From Bacilli bacterium (GTDB taxonomy: Bacteria; Bacillota_I; Bacilli_A; RFN20; CAG-826): a stretch of 64,000 nt of DNA. How positions within the stretch are numbered: the stretch's first letter is position 1; each line of letters begins with the position of its first letter. A model generated the notes under the pieces. That model saw nothing but the letters and a program-made list of their open reading frames with translations, was not told where the DNA came from and made no database searches. The translations under genes and the position numbers were made by a program. Below, in pieces: positions 37,335 to 47,949 of the stretch. Location: assembly GCA_050952725.1 (NCBI GenBank), contig JBMNLN010000001.1, positions 578,454-642,453 on the forward strand, given 5' to 3'.

Positions 37335-38807
37335 ATGAAAGGGAATAAAAAAAAGAGATTAAATCCCTTTGGGATTACGAAAAAAATATGGGGCGAATTT
37401 TTCCTAGTATTCGCCATTTTTATATTGATTTTATTTATCTTTGAAAATAGTTTTATTACTCCCGCGGTAATTATTAGTCCTTTTGGTTTTTACCCTTTTC
37501 TTACGCTTCACACACTAGGAGTAGCTTTAATTCTTAGTTACTTAATTCTTGGAGAACATCGGATTCAGTTCCGGATTGAAATTTTAACTATCATTGCTTT
37601 ATGTGGGATGATTTTGGTTAACGTCATTGTTTTAATTAATATTCCTGGAGTTTTAATCGAAAAAGTAACGCTTACCAGCGGTGAAGTTTGGTTTTTTCAA
37701 GTGGAACTGACGATGACGGAGTTATTTAGATCGTTTCTGCTTTCCATCGATGCCGCTTTACTGATCTATGTGATGCTTTTTGTGTTTCCTAAAAGACAAA
37801 ACGCACTTCCGATTTCCTATCTTGTCGCCTTCACTTTTATGGTTATAGGATATGTACTGATTATTCATAGTTTGATTACTGAAATGAATTGTTATATTTC
37901 CACCATTAAAGAAGGTCCCCATCCTTATCAAAATGTTCCACAGGGCTTATTTGTCAATCGCAACTTATTCGCCAGTTATCTTTTCGGGTGTCTTTTGGCG
38001 GTTTTTTATCTTTGGGCGATGCGGAAAAAATTCAGATGGTTATACATGCTTTTAACCATCCCATTTGCAATAGTAATTCTTTTTACCATTTCAAAAACTA
38101 AAATAATCATGGTTGCAGTCCTCTATTTAGCCTGGATTGTTTATGGGATTATCTCCTTGTACAGACGACATAAATTTTTCTTTTGGTTTTTATTATCGCT
38201 TTTAGTTTTAACAATAACAGCAATTGTTATCTTTCGTTTCGTCCCTAGTTTAAAAGAAACGCCAATTGGTGAATTTCTTCAAAAACTCATTCCTAAACAG
38301 ATTTTTGTTACAAGGAGCGTCGATGGAAGAAAGACGATTTGGCGTTATGCGGCCAATTATTTGAGCAACCCATTTTATCTGTTTTTTGGTCGGGGTTTTT
38401 ATGTTTCCAAAATGCTTCTTGGTTACGCGATGAGTTATGAACCCGATGTGCCATTTGCCTATCATTGGGGAAATTTCCATAATGGCTTTTTAGAAGTTAT
38501 TTCCACAGGCGGAATATTTTTAAGTATTATCTATGTCGGATTCATTGCCTATCTTGTCTACGTGATAATTCGCATCGCTAAATTTAATAGACAACTAGCG
38601 TTTTATTCTTTTGTTGCCTTAGGTGTATTTTTAATTCACTCCAGTTTTGAAGCGGTCTCCTTACTACTTTTTAATGCGGAAGGAATTATCCACGCTCTTC
38701 CTGTCGTTCTCCCTTGTTTAATCTATTATAATCGTCTTAAACAACAAAACCGCCTCCAAAGTCGCTGGGAATTAAAATATCAATCAAGTCACCTGCAACA
38801 TTCTTAA
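37335..38807 (+). CDS. O-antigen ligase/polymerase-like multi-TM protein
   Basis: About 12 TM segments. NRN, SKT and GR...W motifs, 'FFGRG' and 'HNGFLEVISTGG' typical of the Wzy_C/WaaL family. Confidence 0.75.
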   Translation: MKGNKKKRLNPFGITKKIWGEFFLVFAIFILILFIFENSFITPAVIISPFGFYPFLTLHTLGVALILSYLILGEHRIQFRIEILTIIALCGMILVNVIVLINIPGVLIEKVTLTSGEVWFFQVELTMTELFRSFLLSIDAALLIYVMLFVFPKRQNALPISYLVAFTFMVIGYVLIIHSLITEMNCYISTIKEGPHPYQNVPQGLFVNRNLFASYLFGCLLAVFYLWAMRKKFRWLYMLLTIPFAIVILFTISKTKIIMVAVLYLAWIVYGIISLYRRHKFFFWFLLSLLVLTITAIVIFRFVPSLKETPIGEFLQKLIPKQIFVTRSVDGRKTIWRYAANYLSNPFYLFFGRGFYVSKMLLGYAMSYEPDVPFAYHWGNFHNGFLEVISTGGIFLSIIYVGFIAYLVYVIIRIAKFNRQLAFYSFVALGVFLIHSSFEAVSLLLFNAEGIIHALPVVLPCLIYYNRLKQQNRLQSRWELKYQSSHLQHS

Positions 38808-38828
38808 TCTTGAAGTGAGGTAAATACT

Positions 38829-40109
38829 ATGAGTAAAAAATCTTTGAGAAACTCAACGATTTATCAAGTTTTCGTGCGCAATCATTCAAAAGAAGGAACA
38901 TTACAAGCATTAATCGCTGATTTAGACCGCATCCAAGATCTGGGTATTGATATTTTATATCTCCTCCCGCTGCATCCAATTGGAGAAGTAGCCCGGAAAG
39001 GTAAAGCAGGATCTCCTTACGCGATTAAAGACTATCGTGCGATTCATCCTGATTTAGGAACAATGGAAGATTTTGAGTCTTTGATCAAAGAAGCGCATCG
39101 TCGCGGTCTGAAGGTGATGATCGATATCGTCTTTAACCATACTTCGCGTGATTCGGTCTTGTTAAAGGAACATCCAGAATGGTTTTTCCTCGAAAATGGC
39201 GAACCGAAAAATCGCGTAGGTGATTGGTCAGATATCGCCGACTTAAACTTTGATGTTCCCGAACTTTGGGATTATCTTATCGAGACCTTATTATTCTATG
39301 TTAAAAAAGGCGTCGATGGTTTCCGTTGTGATGTCGCCCCGATTATCCCTTTAGAATTTTGGAAAAAAGCCCGTGAAGAAGTGGCGAAAATTAATCCCGA
39401 TGTCATCTGGCTTAGTGAATCGATTGAACCGGAATTTATTAAATCAATGCGCGCCCAAGGTTATCAGGCATATAGCGATGCCGAAATGTATCAAGCTTTT
39501 GATATTCTCTACGATTATGATGTGTATCCAGAACTCAAAAAATATTTAGAAATGCGCGGAACCTTCCGGCAATATGTCGAAGCGGTCAAACGCCAAGAAT
39601 ATCTCTACCCTGTTGATTATCTTAAAGCCCACTTTCTCGATAATCACGATCAAGAACGGATTGCATCTTTAGTCAAAGATCAATATCAATTACACAATCT
39701 TATCGCATGGAGTTTTTTTCAACCTGGAGTAGGCTTTATTTATGCGGGTGGAGAAAATGCACTAACTCATAAACCTAATCTCTTCGAACATGATCCGCTT
39801 GATTGGGAAGAGCATAATCCGGAAACCTATTTATTAGTTCAAAGACTGGTACAACTCAAAAAAGAACCAATTTTCCTTGAAAAGACTAGTTTTGATATCG
39901 AAATGTATTTTCCTAAAGATGTTCTGTTAGCCACTTTATCTTCTAAAAGCGAAAAACTTTTAGGAATCTTTAATTTCTCAGGCGGAAAAGCAAAAGTTAT
40001 CCTTCCCATTAATCAAATTGAAGTTATCGATCAGATTAGTGGTAAAGTCTATCCAGTTAAGAAAAAGGTGATTTCGATTACCGAACCAGTTATTATTAAA
40101 ATTGCTTAA
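38829..40109 (+). CDS. GH13 alpha-amylase family glycosidase
   Basis: Conserved regions DIVFNHT, GFRCDVAP, WLSES, FLDNHD. Confidence 0.93.
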   Translation: MSKKSLRNSTIYQVFVRNHSKEGTLQALIADLDRIQDLGIDILYLLPLHPIGEVARKGKAGSPYAIKDYRAIHPDLGTMEDFESLIKEAHRRGLKVMIDIVFNHTSRDSVLLKEHPEWFFLENGEPKNRVGDWSDIADLNFDVPELWDYLIETLLFYVKKGVDGFRCDVAPIIPLEFWKKAREEVAKINPDVIWLSESIEPEFIKSMRAQGYQAYSDAEMYQAFDILYDYDVYPELKKYLEMRGTFRQYVEAVKRQEYLYPVDYLKAHFLDNHDQERIASLVKDQYQLHNLIAWSFFQPGVGFIYAGGENALTHKPNLFEHDPLDWEEHNPETYLLVQRLVQLKKEPIFLEKTSFDIEMYFPKDVLLATLSSKSEKLLGIFNFSGGKAKVILPINQIEVIDQISGKVYPVKKKVISITEPVIIKIA

Positions 40110-40185
40110 ATTCAATTTTTCGATATTGTTATACTTTTTTATAAAGCTCTTTTATGGTGTATAATAACTCGCATGGAGCGAAAAC

Positions 40186-40656
40186 ATGACGAAAAGCAAC
40201 ATTAGAGTTCTCACGAAAAACGCCAAAGCTTTTCATAATTATTTTCTCGATGATTTTTTAGAAGCTGGCATTGAATTAACGGGGACTGAAATCAAATCAC
40301 TACGCGCGCATGGGTGCGATTTAACTGACACCTATGTGACTTTTCGCCATGGTGAAGCCTTTGTTATCGGGATGCATATTGCCCCCTATGAAAAAGGCAC
40401 ATACTTCAATCATGAGCCGATGCGCGAAAGACGTCTTTTGCTCCATAAACATGAAATTCGTCGCTATGCCCAAAAAGTTCAAGAAAAAGGTTTAACGGTG
40501 ATTGTAACCCGAGTCTATTTAAAAAGAGGTCTTGCAAAAGTTGAAATTGCTCTAGGCCGTGGGAAAAAATTATTTGATAAACGCGAAACATTGAAAAAGC
40601 GTGCAATTGAACGCGAAATGGATGATGCGAGAAAGCGCTCATCTCGAGGAGAATAA
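40186..40656 (+). CDS. smpB: SsrA-binding protein
   Basis: NAKAFHNY...EAGIELTGTEIKSLR...RRLLLHKHEI...GKKLFDKRETLK. Confidence 0.97.
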   Translation: MTKSNIRVLTKNAKAFHNYFLDDFLEAGIELTGTEIKSLRAHGCDLTDTYVTFRHGEAFVIGMHIAPYEKGTYFNHEPMRERRLLLHKHEIRRYAQKVQEKGLTVIVTRVYLKRGLAKVEIALGRGKKLFDKRETLKKRAIEREMDDARKRSSRGE

Positions 40657-40659
40657 AAG

Positions 40660-41904
40660 ATGTTTCGCACAATTGAAGAAGCAAAGGCTTTTCTTCAGGA
40701 CCGCGATGACCGACGTAAATATGACCGAAGTCATTTTGATGCCTTTTTGGAATATCAAAAATTCAATTTTAAAGTACCTGCAATTCATATCACTGGCACT
40801 AATGGCAAAACTACGACGGCAAAGATGTTAGCGAACATTTATCAATTGGCGGGATATAAGACGGGCTTGTTCACTTCACCTTACTTATCAGACGAAAATG
40901 AAATGTGGCAAATTAATAATAAATTTATTAGTGACCAGGAACTTTTATCATTTATCAATCGTTATGCGGTGGATTTTTTACGGTTTGATTTAACTGCTTT
41001 TGAGATGGAAACTTTTATTGCTTTTATCTACTTTGCCGAATCAAAGGTGGATATAGCGATTATCGAAGTGGGAATGGGGGGAAAAACGGATGCCACTAAT
41101 GTTTTTATTCCTATTTTATCAATCATCACTAATGTATCTTTAGAACATTCGAGTTTTTTAGGGCCGACTCTTAAAGATATTGCGACTGCCAAAGCGGGAA
41201 TTATCAAACCAATTGTGCCAGTGCTTTTAGGCGGAGAAATGCTTCCAGAACTAATCCCGACTATTAAAGAAGTCGCCAAAAAAAATGGTTCTCCAGTTTT
41301 TATTGGCACGATGCCGCACAATATTCGTTATACAAAGGAAAATGCTGTTTTTGATTTTGATGAGTGTTTTAATGATATAAAAATGCAAAACCCTGCTCAA
41401 ATTTATGTTTTTAACGCTGTTAATGCCATTTCAGCATGTCGTATTTTACAAAGTCGATTCCCACTTAGAAACGAACATATGAGACAAGGAATTGAAATGA
41501 CAACCTTACCAGCCCGGATGGAAATAGTTCATTATTCCCCGTTAGTCTTCATCGATGGGGCTCATAATCCTCAAGCAATGGAAATCCTAGTTGAAACATT
41601 AAAGGAACTTGGGATATTTGCTCCCACAATTATCTTCTCGGCTTTCCGTGATAAGGATGTAGCGGCGGAATTCGATCTATTAAAAGAAATTGATGCGAAT
41701 ATCATCCTTACTCATTTTGATCATCCACGAACTCGCGATAAAGATGAATATCCTCATAATAATTTTCCCTATATTGAAAATCCTATCACCGCGATTAAAC
41801 AGTCGCTAAAAGCAGTTGAAAAAAATGAAGTAATTGTCATTACGGGGTCATTGGGCTTTGCGGGCTATATTTCCTTTTTATGGAAAGAAGGAGTTTTTCC
41901 ATGA
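40660..41904 (+). CDS. folC: Folylpolyglutamate synthase/dihydrofolate synthase
   Basis: IHITGTNGKTT, FTSPYL, EVGMGGKTDATN, DGAHNP, TGSL. Confidence 0.93.
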   Translation: MFRTIEEAKAFLQDRDDRRKYDRSHFDAFLEYQKFNFKVPAIHITGTNGKTTTAKMLANIYQLAGYKTGLFTSPYLSDENEMWQINNKFISDQELLSFINRYAVDFLRFDLTAFEMETFIAFIYFAESKVDIAIIEVGMGGKTDATNVFIPILSIITNVSLEHSSFLGPTLKDIATAKAGIIKPIVPVLLGGEMLPELIPTIKEVAKKNGSPVFIGTMPHNIRYTKENAVFDFDECFNDIKMQNPAQIYVFNAVNAISACRILQSRFPLRNEHMRQGIEMTTLPARMEIVHYSPLVFIDGAHNPQAMEILVETLKELGIFAPTIIFSAFRDKDVAAEFDLLKEIDANIILTHFDHPRTRDKDEYPHNNFPYIENPITAIKQSLKAVEKNEVIVITGSLGFAGYISFLWKEGVFP

Positions 41905-42686
41905 GAAGAAATGGTATGAGATATATTCACAAAATTGCATTGACCGCAATGATGATTACTTTTTCAGTTTTGATTACCCGCTTTATGCCTGGAGTCCAAC
42001 TAGGGGTTTATCGTTTTTCTTTAGGCGCGATTCCCATTGTACTTGCTTCATTAATTCTTGGGCCGTTTTGGGGCGGAATTGTCGGGGCTTTTAGCGATAT
42101 CCTAGGAGCACTTTTATTTCCAGTTGGTCCTTTTATTATTTGGCCCTTGCTTGGCTCGACTCTTTTTGGAATTGTTCCGAGTATGCTTTTGTTACTAATA
42201 AAAAAAATACGTCATCGTTTTCCCATACGTTTTCTTTTGTACTTTTTAATGGGGGCGATTGTCCTTTTTATTTCCGCTTTTGTGATCTTTTCAACTTCTT
42301 TTACTTATAGAGCGACCATGGATACGGAAGCGACAATTAACTTCACTTTATATTGGAAAATATTTACCCCGATAATTTTGGTTTTACTAGGTTTTGCTAT
42401 AGTAGTTGCGCTTGAGATTTTTGAAAAAAAATTCAATTCAAAAAAAGACATTGATTATCTTCAAATCACTTTAACTGAGGTTGCCTTGATTATCTTTATT
42501 ACTGATTTTATTATCGATGTCCTCTACGGGCCAATTTGGAAGATGATTGCATTTGGGAGCAATTTACTCGTTAACTTCGTTGTTCAAACCGTGCTTTTTG
42601 TCATGGCGGTCATTATTAAACCGCCACTAATTTACTATGTTTTACGAGTTTATTATCGTCTACGTCCGATGGATTTACTCGATTAA
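41901..42686 (+). CDS. folT: Folate-family ECF transporter S component
   Basis: Start ATG 41901 overlapping the folC stop. 'IALTAMMI', 'LGPFWGGIVGAFSDILG'; hydrophobic throughout; adjacent to folC. Confidence 0.72.
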   Translation: MRRNGMRYIHKIALTAMMITFSVLITRFMPGVQLGVYRFSLGAIPIVLASLILGPFWGGIVGAFSDILGALLFPVGPFIIWPLLGSTLFGIVPSMLLLLIKKIRHRFPIRFLLYFLMGAIVLFISAFVIFSTSFTYRATMDTEATINFTLYWKIFTPIILVLLGFAIVVALEIFEKKFNSKKDIDYLQITLTEVALIIFITDFIIDVLYGPIWKMIAFGSNLLVNFVVQTVLFVMAVIIKPPLIYYVLRVYYRLRPMDLLD

Positions 42687-42769
42687 TTTCTGTCACCATA
42701 TTCTTCAGATTGATCCTTTTTTTAACTTTGAGACAATGGTAAAGTATTTATAGTGATGAGGTGATAATT

Positions 42770-42937
42770 ATGACAAGAAAAAGAACGCGAGAATATTTAG
42801 GCGACAACCAATCAAACCAAAAAAGACCGATATGCACCTCAGAGCGCGAAGAGCTTGAAGCGGGCAGAGCTTATATACAAACTAGCCAAAATTCATCGAT
42901 TAATATTGATGAAATGCTGGCGATGATGGATGAGTAA
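42770..42937 (+). CDS. Small hypothetical protein, 55 aa (absent from ORF track)
   Basis: RBS GAGGTG (42758-42763), ATG 42770, MTRKRTREYLGDNQSNQKRPICTSEREELEAGRAYIQTSQNSSINIDEMLAMMDE, TAA 42935-42937, followed by a terminator. Confidence 0.55.
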   Translation: MTRKRTREYLGDNQSNQKRPICTSEREELEAGRAYIQTSQNSSINIDEMLAMMDE

Positions 42938-42968
42938 TCCTTTAAAAGAGTAAAATTTTAATTTAAAT

Positions 42969-43011
42969 GTCGTACATCGTTTAGAATGTTTTCTAACTTG
43001 TACGACTTTTT
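42969..43011 (+). terminator. Intrinsic terminator after small ORF
   Basis: GTCGTACA/TGTACGAC outer stem, inner TTAGAA/TTCTAA stem, then TTTTT. Confidence 0.65.
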
Positions 43012-43101
43012 ATTTATTTTTATAGACCTTTGTTTATTAAATCGCTTTGGCCATTTTTCTTAGTTTTCAAATGTTATAATTAATGCAGTGAGGTAATAAC
43101 T

Positions 43102-44739
43102 ATGAAAAAATGGTGGCATAAGCGTGTGTTTTATCAAATTTATCCACGCTCTTTTTGTGATTCCAATAATGATGGAATCGGTGACATTCCAGGAATCATC
43201 TCGAAATTAGATTATTTGAAGGAACTCGGCATTGGAGCGATTTGGCTCTCCCCTGTATATGCTTCGCCGAACAAAGATAATGGTTATGATATAAGTGATT
43301 ACAAGGGGATTAATCCTGAATTTGGCACGATGGCGGATATGGACCGCCTCTTTTTCGAAGCGGAAAAACGCGATATCAAAATCGTAATGGATTTAGTTAT
43401 TAATCATACTTCTGATCAGCATGAATGGTTCGTAAAATCAAAAGATATCAACTCTCCTTATCATGATTATTACATCTATGCTCCAGGGCGCATCGACAAA
43501 AAGGGCCGAGAAACTCCTCCGAATAACTGGAAGTCGATGTTTATGGGGCCAGCTTGGCAAAAATGTGAAGAAAATGGTCTTTATTACATGACTCTTTTTA
43601 CCCCTGAACAAGTCGACCTCAACTTTCGAAATCCAAGAGTTATCGAAGAAGTTAAAGATATCATGCGCTTCTGGCTCGATAAAGGGGCGGCAGGCTTCCG
43701 TTGCGACGTGATTAATTGTATCTATAAAACCACGCTTGCTGATGGAAAAAACAGCATTTATCTCACGGGGAAAGAACACTATATCTCTCAACCTGGTTGT
43801 CATCGCATTTTAAAAGAGTTGCATCGCGAAATTCTCGCTCCCTATGACGCTTTTACCGTGGGAGAAACGACAAATATTACCTTGGAGACAAGTCGCGATT
43901 TCCTCGATGAAGAACTGACGATGATTTTTCCGTTTGATCATACGAATGTGGGATATTTCAAACTCCCCATTTGGAAAAAGAAATATCGTCCGATTGAGAT
44001 GATTATGGCATTAGATCGCTGGTTGCAACATATCGATTGGAATACGCTTTTCTTTGAAAACCATGATCTCCCGCGCTCGATATCACGCTGGGGAGATGAG
44101 GGGAAATATCACTATCAATCGGCGACAATGTTCGCGACACTCTTGTTGACACTAAGGGGGACACCCTTTATTTATCAAGGTCAAGAAATCGGTATGATTA
44201 ATACAAATTTTCAAAGTCTTGATGAAGTCGATGATGTGACGAGTCGCAATGTCTATCGCACTTTAAGAGAGGACTATCATATTCCCAAGAAACTCGCTTT
44301 TAAATGGGTGATGAACTTCTCTCGTGATCATAGCCGGACACCAATTCCGTGGGATAATTCCCGCAATGGCGGTTTTTCTAAAAAACCACCGTGGTTAAAG
44401 GTGAGTGAAGATTATCCTCGTATCAATATCGCTGATAATATTGAACATCCCAATTCAGTTCTTGCTTACTATCGCACATTAGTTAACCTTCGCAATCAAG
44501 ATGAAGTATTAAAACATGGAAGTTATCAAAGAATAAAAACCAATAAAAATATCTACGCTTTTAAACGTCAACTTGGAGAGAAGGCTTATTTAATCGTGTG
44601 CAATATGGATAAAAAACCTCGCAAAACTAGGCTGGATTTAAATGGCCAAGTATTAATTAGCAATTACGGAAAAAATAACTACGCCACTCAAAAAAGGTTA
44701 CAGCCTTATGAAAGCGCTGTAATTGAGATTGCAAAATAA
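43102..44739 (+). CDS. GH13 alpha-glucosidase / oligo-1,6-glucosidase
   Basis: WWHKRVFYQIYPRSF, DLVINHTSD, QVDLN, GFRCDVIN, VGET, FENHD. Confidence 0.93.
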   Translation: MKKWWHKRVFYQIYPRSFCDSNNDGIGDIPGIISKLDYLKELGIGAIWLSPVYASPNKDNGYDISDYKGINPEFGTMADMDRLFFEAEKRDIKIVMDLVINHTSDQHEWFVKSKDINSPYHDYYIYAPGRIDKKGRETPPNNWKSMFMGPAWQKCEENGLYYMTLFTPEQVDLNFRNPRVIEEVKDIMRFWLDKGAAGFRCDVINCIYKTTLADGKNSIYLTGKEHYISQPGCHRILKELHREILAPYDAFTVGETTNITLETSRDFLDEELTMIFPFDHTNVGYFKLPIWKKKYRPIEMIMALDRWLQHIDWNTLFFENHDLPRSISRWGDEGKYHYQSATMFATLLLTLRGTPFIYQGQEIGMINTNFQSLDEVDDVTSRNVYRTLREDYHIPKKLAFKWVMNFSRDHSRTPIPWDNSRNGGFSKKPPWLKVSEDYPRINIADNIEHPNSVLAYYRTLVNLRNQDEVLKHGSYQRIKTNKNIYAFKRQLGEKAYLIVCNMDKKPRKTRLDLNGQVLISNYGKNNYATQKRLQPYESAVIEIAK

Positions 44740-44822
44740 GCGATTAAACTAATTGCGTACATAACCAGATATAATATTAGTTGACCTATGATATAATAGA
44801 CGAGCGCAAAGGGGGTTTTCTT

Positions 44823-45299
44823 ATGGGCAAAAGAATAGATTATATTTCCTGGGATGAGTATTTTATGGGCATTGCCGTTTTATCGAGTATGCGCAGCAAA
44901 GATCCCGAAACCCAAGTCGGAGCTGTAGTGGTCGATGCTGAAAATAAAATAGTTAGTGTTGGTTACAATGGAATGCCAATCGGCGTCGATGATGATCGGC
45001 TCTCTTGGACGCGCGGTGAAGGTTTAGAAAGTAAATATCTCTATGTTTGCCACGCTGAATTTAATGCGATTCTCAATGCCCGTAATGGCACCGCTTTAAA
45101 AGGATGTAAAATTTATGTTAGCCTATTTCCCTGTAACGAATGCGCCAAAGCCATTATCCAAGCTGGCATTAAAGAAATCGTTTATGCTGACGACAAATAT
45201 GCGGATAGCGTTTCAATTTTAGCGAGCAAACGGATGTTGGATATGGCAGGAGTTAAATATCGTCAATATCAAGGAACGTTACCTAAGATTACTTATTGA
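44823..45299 (+). CDS. dCMP deaminase family protein
   Basis: Start ATG 44823. SWDEYFM, RSKDP, VGYNG, HAEFNAI, PCNEC. Confidence 0.92.
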   Translation: MGKRIDYISWDEYFMGIAVLSSMRSKDPETQVGAVVVDAENKIVSVGYNGMPIGVDDDRLSWTRGEGLESKYLYVCHAEFNAILNARNGTALKGCKIYVSLFPCNECAKAIIQAGIKEIVYADDKYADSVSILASKRMLDMAGVKYRQYQGTLPKITY

Positions 45300-45301
45300 T
45301 T

Positions 45302-46123
45302 ATGAGCAAAGCGATTAAGATTACTGGACTTACTTTCGGATATGAAGCAAAAATCGACGTCATCAAAGATGTCTCTTTAAGCATTGATGCTGGTAGTTAC
45401 GTAACGATAATCGGTCATAATGGCTCGGGGAAGTCAACCTTAGCGAAAATAATGGTCGGTCTTCTAGAAACTAAGCATGGAACGATTGAAATCTTTGGAA
45501 CGACTTTAAGCGCAAATACTGTTCATCGTTTAAGAAGACAATTAGGGATTGTTTTTCAAAATCCCGACAACCAATTCATCGGAGCCACAGTTGCGGATGA
45601 TATCGCTTTTGGATTAGAAAATCGTGAAATTCCTCAAAAGGAAATGGATCCGGTTATCGATAGCGTTTTAGAAGAAGTAAATATGATAGCTTTTAAAGAT
45701 AAAGAACCGGCTAATTTATCTGGTGGACAAAAACAACGAGTGGCGATTGCGGGGGTTTTGGCCATGAAGCCCGATATCATTATCTTTGATGAAGCGACAG
45801 CGATGTTAGATCCCCAAGGAAAAAAAGAAATTCGTGACTTAATCCGCCGAATGAAAAAGGAAAACCCGAAGTTAACCTTAATTTCAATTACTCATGATGT
45901 AGAAGAGGCCTTTTTAAGTGATGAGGTAATTGTGATGAATGAAGGTCGAATTATCGCAATTGGAACGCCTGAAGAGGTGTTTTCCCACGAAAAAGAACTC
46001 AATGCGATTCGCCTTGAGCAACCGTTTATCTATAAACTGAAAAAAGCTCTCGCTTCCGAAGGAATTCAAGTTCCAGAAAAAGTCAAGACTAGCGATGAGT
46101 TAACGGAGTTCTTATGTCAATAG
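45302..46123 (+). CDS. ecfA1: ECF transporter ATPase A1
   Basis: GHNGSGKST, VFQNPDNQFIG, LSGGQKQRVAIAG, FDEATAMLDP. Confidence 0.92.
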   Translation: MSKAIKITGLTFGYEAKIDVIKDVSLSIDAGSYVTIIGHNGSGKSTLAKIMVGLLETKHGTIEIFGTTLSANTVHRLRRQLGIVFQNPDNQFIGATVADDIAFGLENREIPQKEMDPVIDSVLEEVNMIAFKDKEPANLSGGQKQRVAIAGVLAMKPDIIIFDEATAMLDPQGKKEIRDLIRRMKKENPKLTLISITHDVEEAFLSDEVIVMNEGRIIAIGTPEEVFSHEKELNAIRLEQPFIYKLKKALASEGIQVPEKVKTSDELTEFLCQ

Positions 46124-47067
46124 AATTTCGCAACCTCAGTTTTACCTATGCACCGAAATCCCCTTTTCAATTTGAGGCAATTCGCGATATTAATTTGGTT
46201 CTGGATGACCACGCGTTTACGGCGATTATTGGTCATACTGGGTCAGGTAAAACAACTTTAGTCCAACAGATTAATGCATTGTTAGTGCCCACTTCAGGTG
46301 CATTGTCAGTTGCGGGATTTTTACTAACGCCGTCTAGTAAAAAAAAGTATTTAAAGAGATTACATAAAATCGTAAAAAAACCAAAAAAACACACGGATAT
46401 TGAGGTTGAAAAAGCGCAAAACCTAATTGCTTTTATCTCACCGCTTAATTCTGCTCCGATTAAAGAATTAAGAAAAAGAGTCGGGATGGTTTTTCAATTT
46501 CCCGAATATCAATTATTTGAAGAGACGGTCATCGATGATGTTGCGTTTGGACCAAGAAATTTTGGTTTAAACAAAGAAGAAGCAGAAGCGAAAGCAAAAG
46601 TCGCTCTACAAGAGGTAGGGCTTGATGAGAGTTATTATAAGCGTTCACCTTTTGAACTTTCTGGTGGTGAAAGAAGGCGGGTAGCAATTGCGGGTATTAT
46701 TGCCTCAGAGCCGGAAATATTAATTCTCGATGAACCGACTGCTGGTCTTGATCCTTTAGGGGCCAAGATGATGATGGAGCTCTTTGTTCGCCTCTATCAA
46801 AAAGGGACAAATATTATCATTGTGACTCATGATATGGATATCGTTTTACGATATGCGACCGATGTGGTGGTGATGAAAGAAGGACGGATTGTCGAAAAAA
46901 CAAAACCGCTCCGTCTCTTTGAAGATAACAAGACAGAATACGCTTTAGAAATTCCCATGCTCTATCAATTGGCCATTACTTTGAAGCGTCATGGTTTTCC
47001 TATTGAACTCGAAAAAATAAATTCTGAAACCGATCTCGCGCAGATGATCAAAAGAGGGCGCGTATAG
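46114..47067 (+). CDS. ecfA2: ECF transporter ATPase A2 (with internal insertion)
   Basis: GHTGSGKTT, VFQFPEYQLFEE, LSGGERRRVAIAG, LDEPTAGLDP. Confidence 0.92.
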   Translation: MSIEFRNLSFTYAPKSPFQFEAIRDINLVLDDHAFTAIIGHTGSGKTTLVQQINALLVPTSGALSVAGFLLTPSSKKKYLKRLHKIVKKPKKHTDIEVEKAQNLIAFISPLNSAPIKELRKRVGMVFQFPEYQLFEETVIDDVAFGPRNFGLNKEEAEAKAKVALQEVGLDESYYKRSPFELSGGERRRVAIAGIIASEPEILILDEPTAGLDPLGAKMMMELFVRLYQKGTNIIIVTHDMDIVLRYATDVVVMKEGRIVEKTKPLRLFEDNKTEYALEIPMLYQLAITLKRHGFPIELEKINSETDLAQMIKRGRV

Positions 47068-47948
47068 TGTCAAAGATTTCGCTTGGGCGTTATACCCCTT
47101 ATAAATCACCGATTCACCACCTTGATGTGCGCATCAAGCTTTTTGGCATGATCCTTTTGATGGTGGCGGTCTTTTTTAGATTTGCCAGTGTGGAAATGAA
47201 TTTTATTATATATGGAATTATCACTTTCTTTGTTTTAATCCTGATGGCTCTTGCCCGCATTCGCCTTTTCCAACTTTTCAAACAATTAAAAGCCATTTGG
47301 TTTATGGTCATCTTTTTGTTGATTATGAACTTAATTACCTATCGCACGCCCGATGATCGAATTCTTTTCTCATTCTGGGGGATGGATATTTATCAAGGGC
47401 CGATTATTCAAACCGCATATATCTTTGTGCGGTTAGTCTTAATGCTGGCCATCACGATGGTTTTAACTTCAACGACGCGACCGCTAGATTTAACTTACGC
47501 TTTTGAATGGTATTTACATCCATTAAAGTGGATTCGTTTTCCTGTTCATGAAGTAGCGATGACGATTAGTATCACACTTCGTTTCATTCCCACGCTTTTA
47601 GATGAAACGGGGCGAATTATGAAGGCCCAAGCTTCCCGCGGTGTTGATTTTGTCCGTGGTAAACTCAAGGAGAAAATTCGCGCAATTGTCTCGTTAATTG
47701 TCCCTTTGTTTGTCTCGGCTTTTTTGCGAAGTTCTGACTTAGCAAATGCGATGGAAGCTCGCGGCTATGATCCTCAAGGCAAAAGAACGAGATATCGCAT
47801 CTTAAAATTCCGCTTTGTTGATTTTTTCGCCTTGCTTCTTGTTGTGTCTTTTTTTGCAGGTGTGATTCTCTGTCGTGTTTATCGCCTTGATTTTGCACCA
47901 GCTTTAGGTGAATTTTTTCAAATGATAGGAAATTGGTTTAAAAAATAA
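47067..47948 (+). CDS. ecfT: ECF transporter transmembrane component T
   Basis: GTG start. LRFIPTL, AQASRG and AMEARGY motifs. Confidence 0.92.
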   Translation: MSKISLGRYTPYKSPIHHLDVRIKLFGMILLMVAVFFRFASVEMNFIIYGIITFFVLILMALARIRLFQLFKQLKAIWFMVIFLLIMNLITYRTPDDRILFSFWGMDIYQGPIIQTAYIFVRLVLMLAITMVLTSTTRPLDLTYAFEWYLHPLKWIRFPVHEVAMTISITLRFIPTLLDETGRIMKAQASRGVDFVRGKLKEKIRAIVSLIVPLFVSAFLRSSDLANAMEARGYDPQGKRTRYRILKFRFVDFFALLLVVSFFAGVILCRVYRLDFAPALGEFFQMIGNWFKK

Positions 47949-47949
47949 G

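Noticed and set aside
40186-42686. tmRNA near smpB, or a THF riboswitch before folT
   Set aside because: No intergenic space or recognisable sequence: smpB-folC are 3 bp apart and folC-folT overlap.
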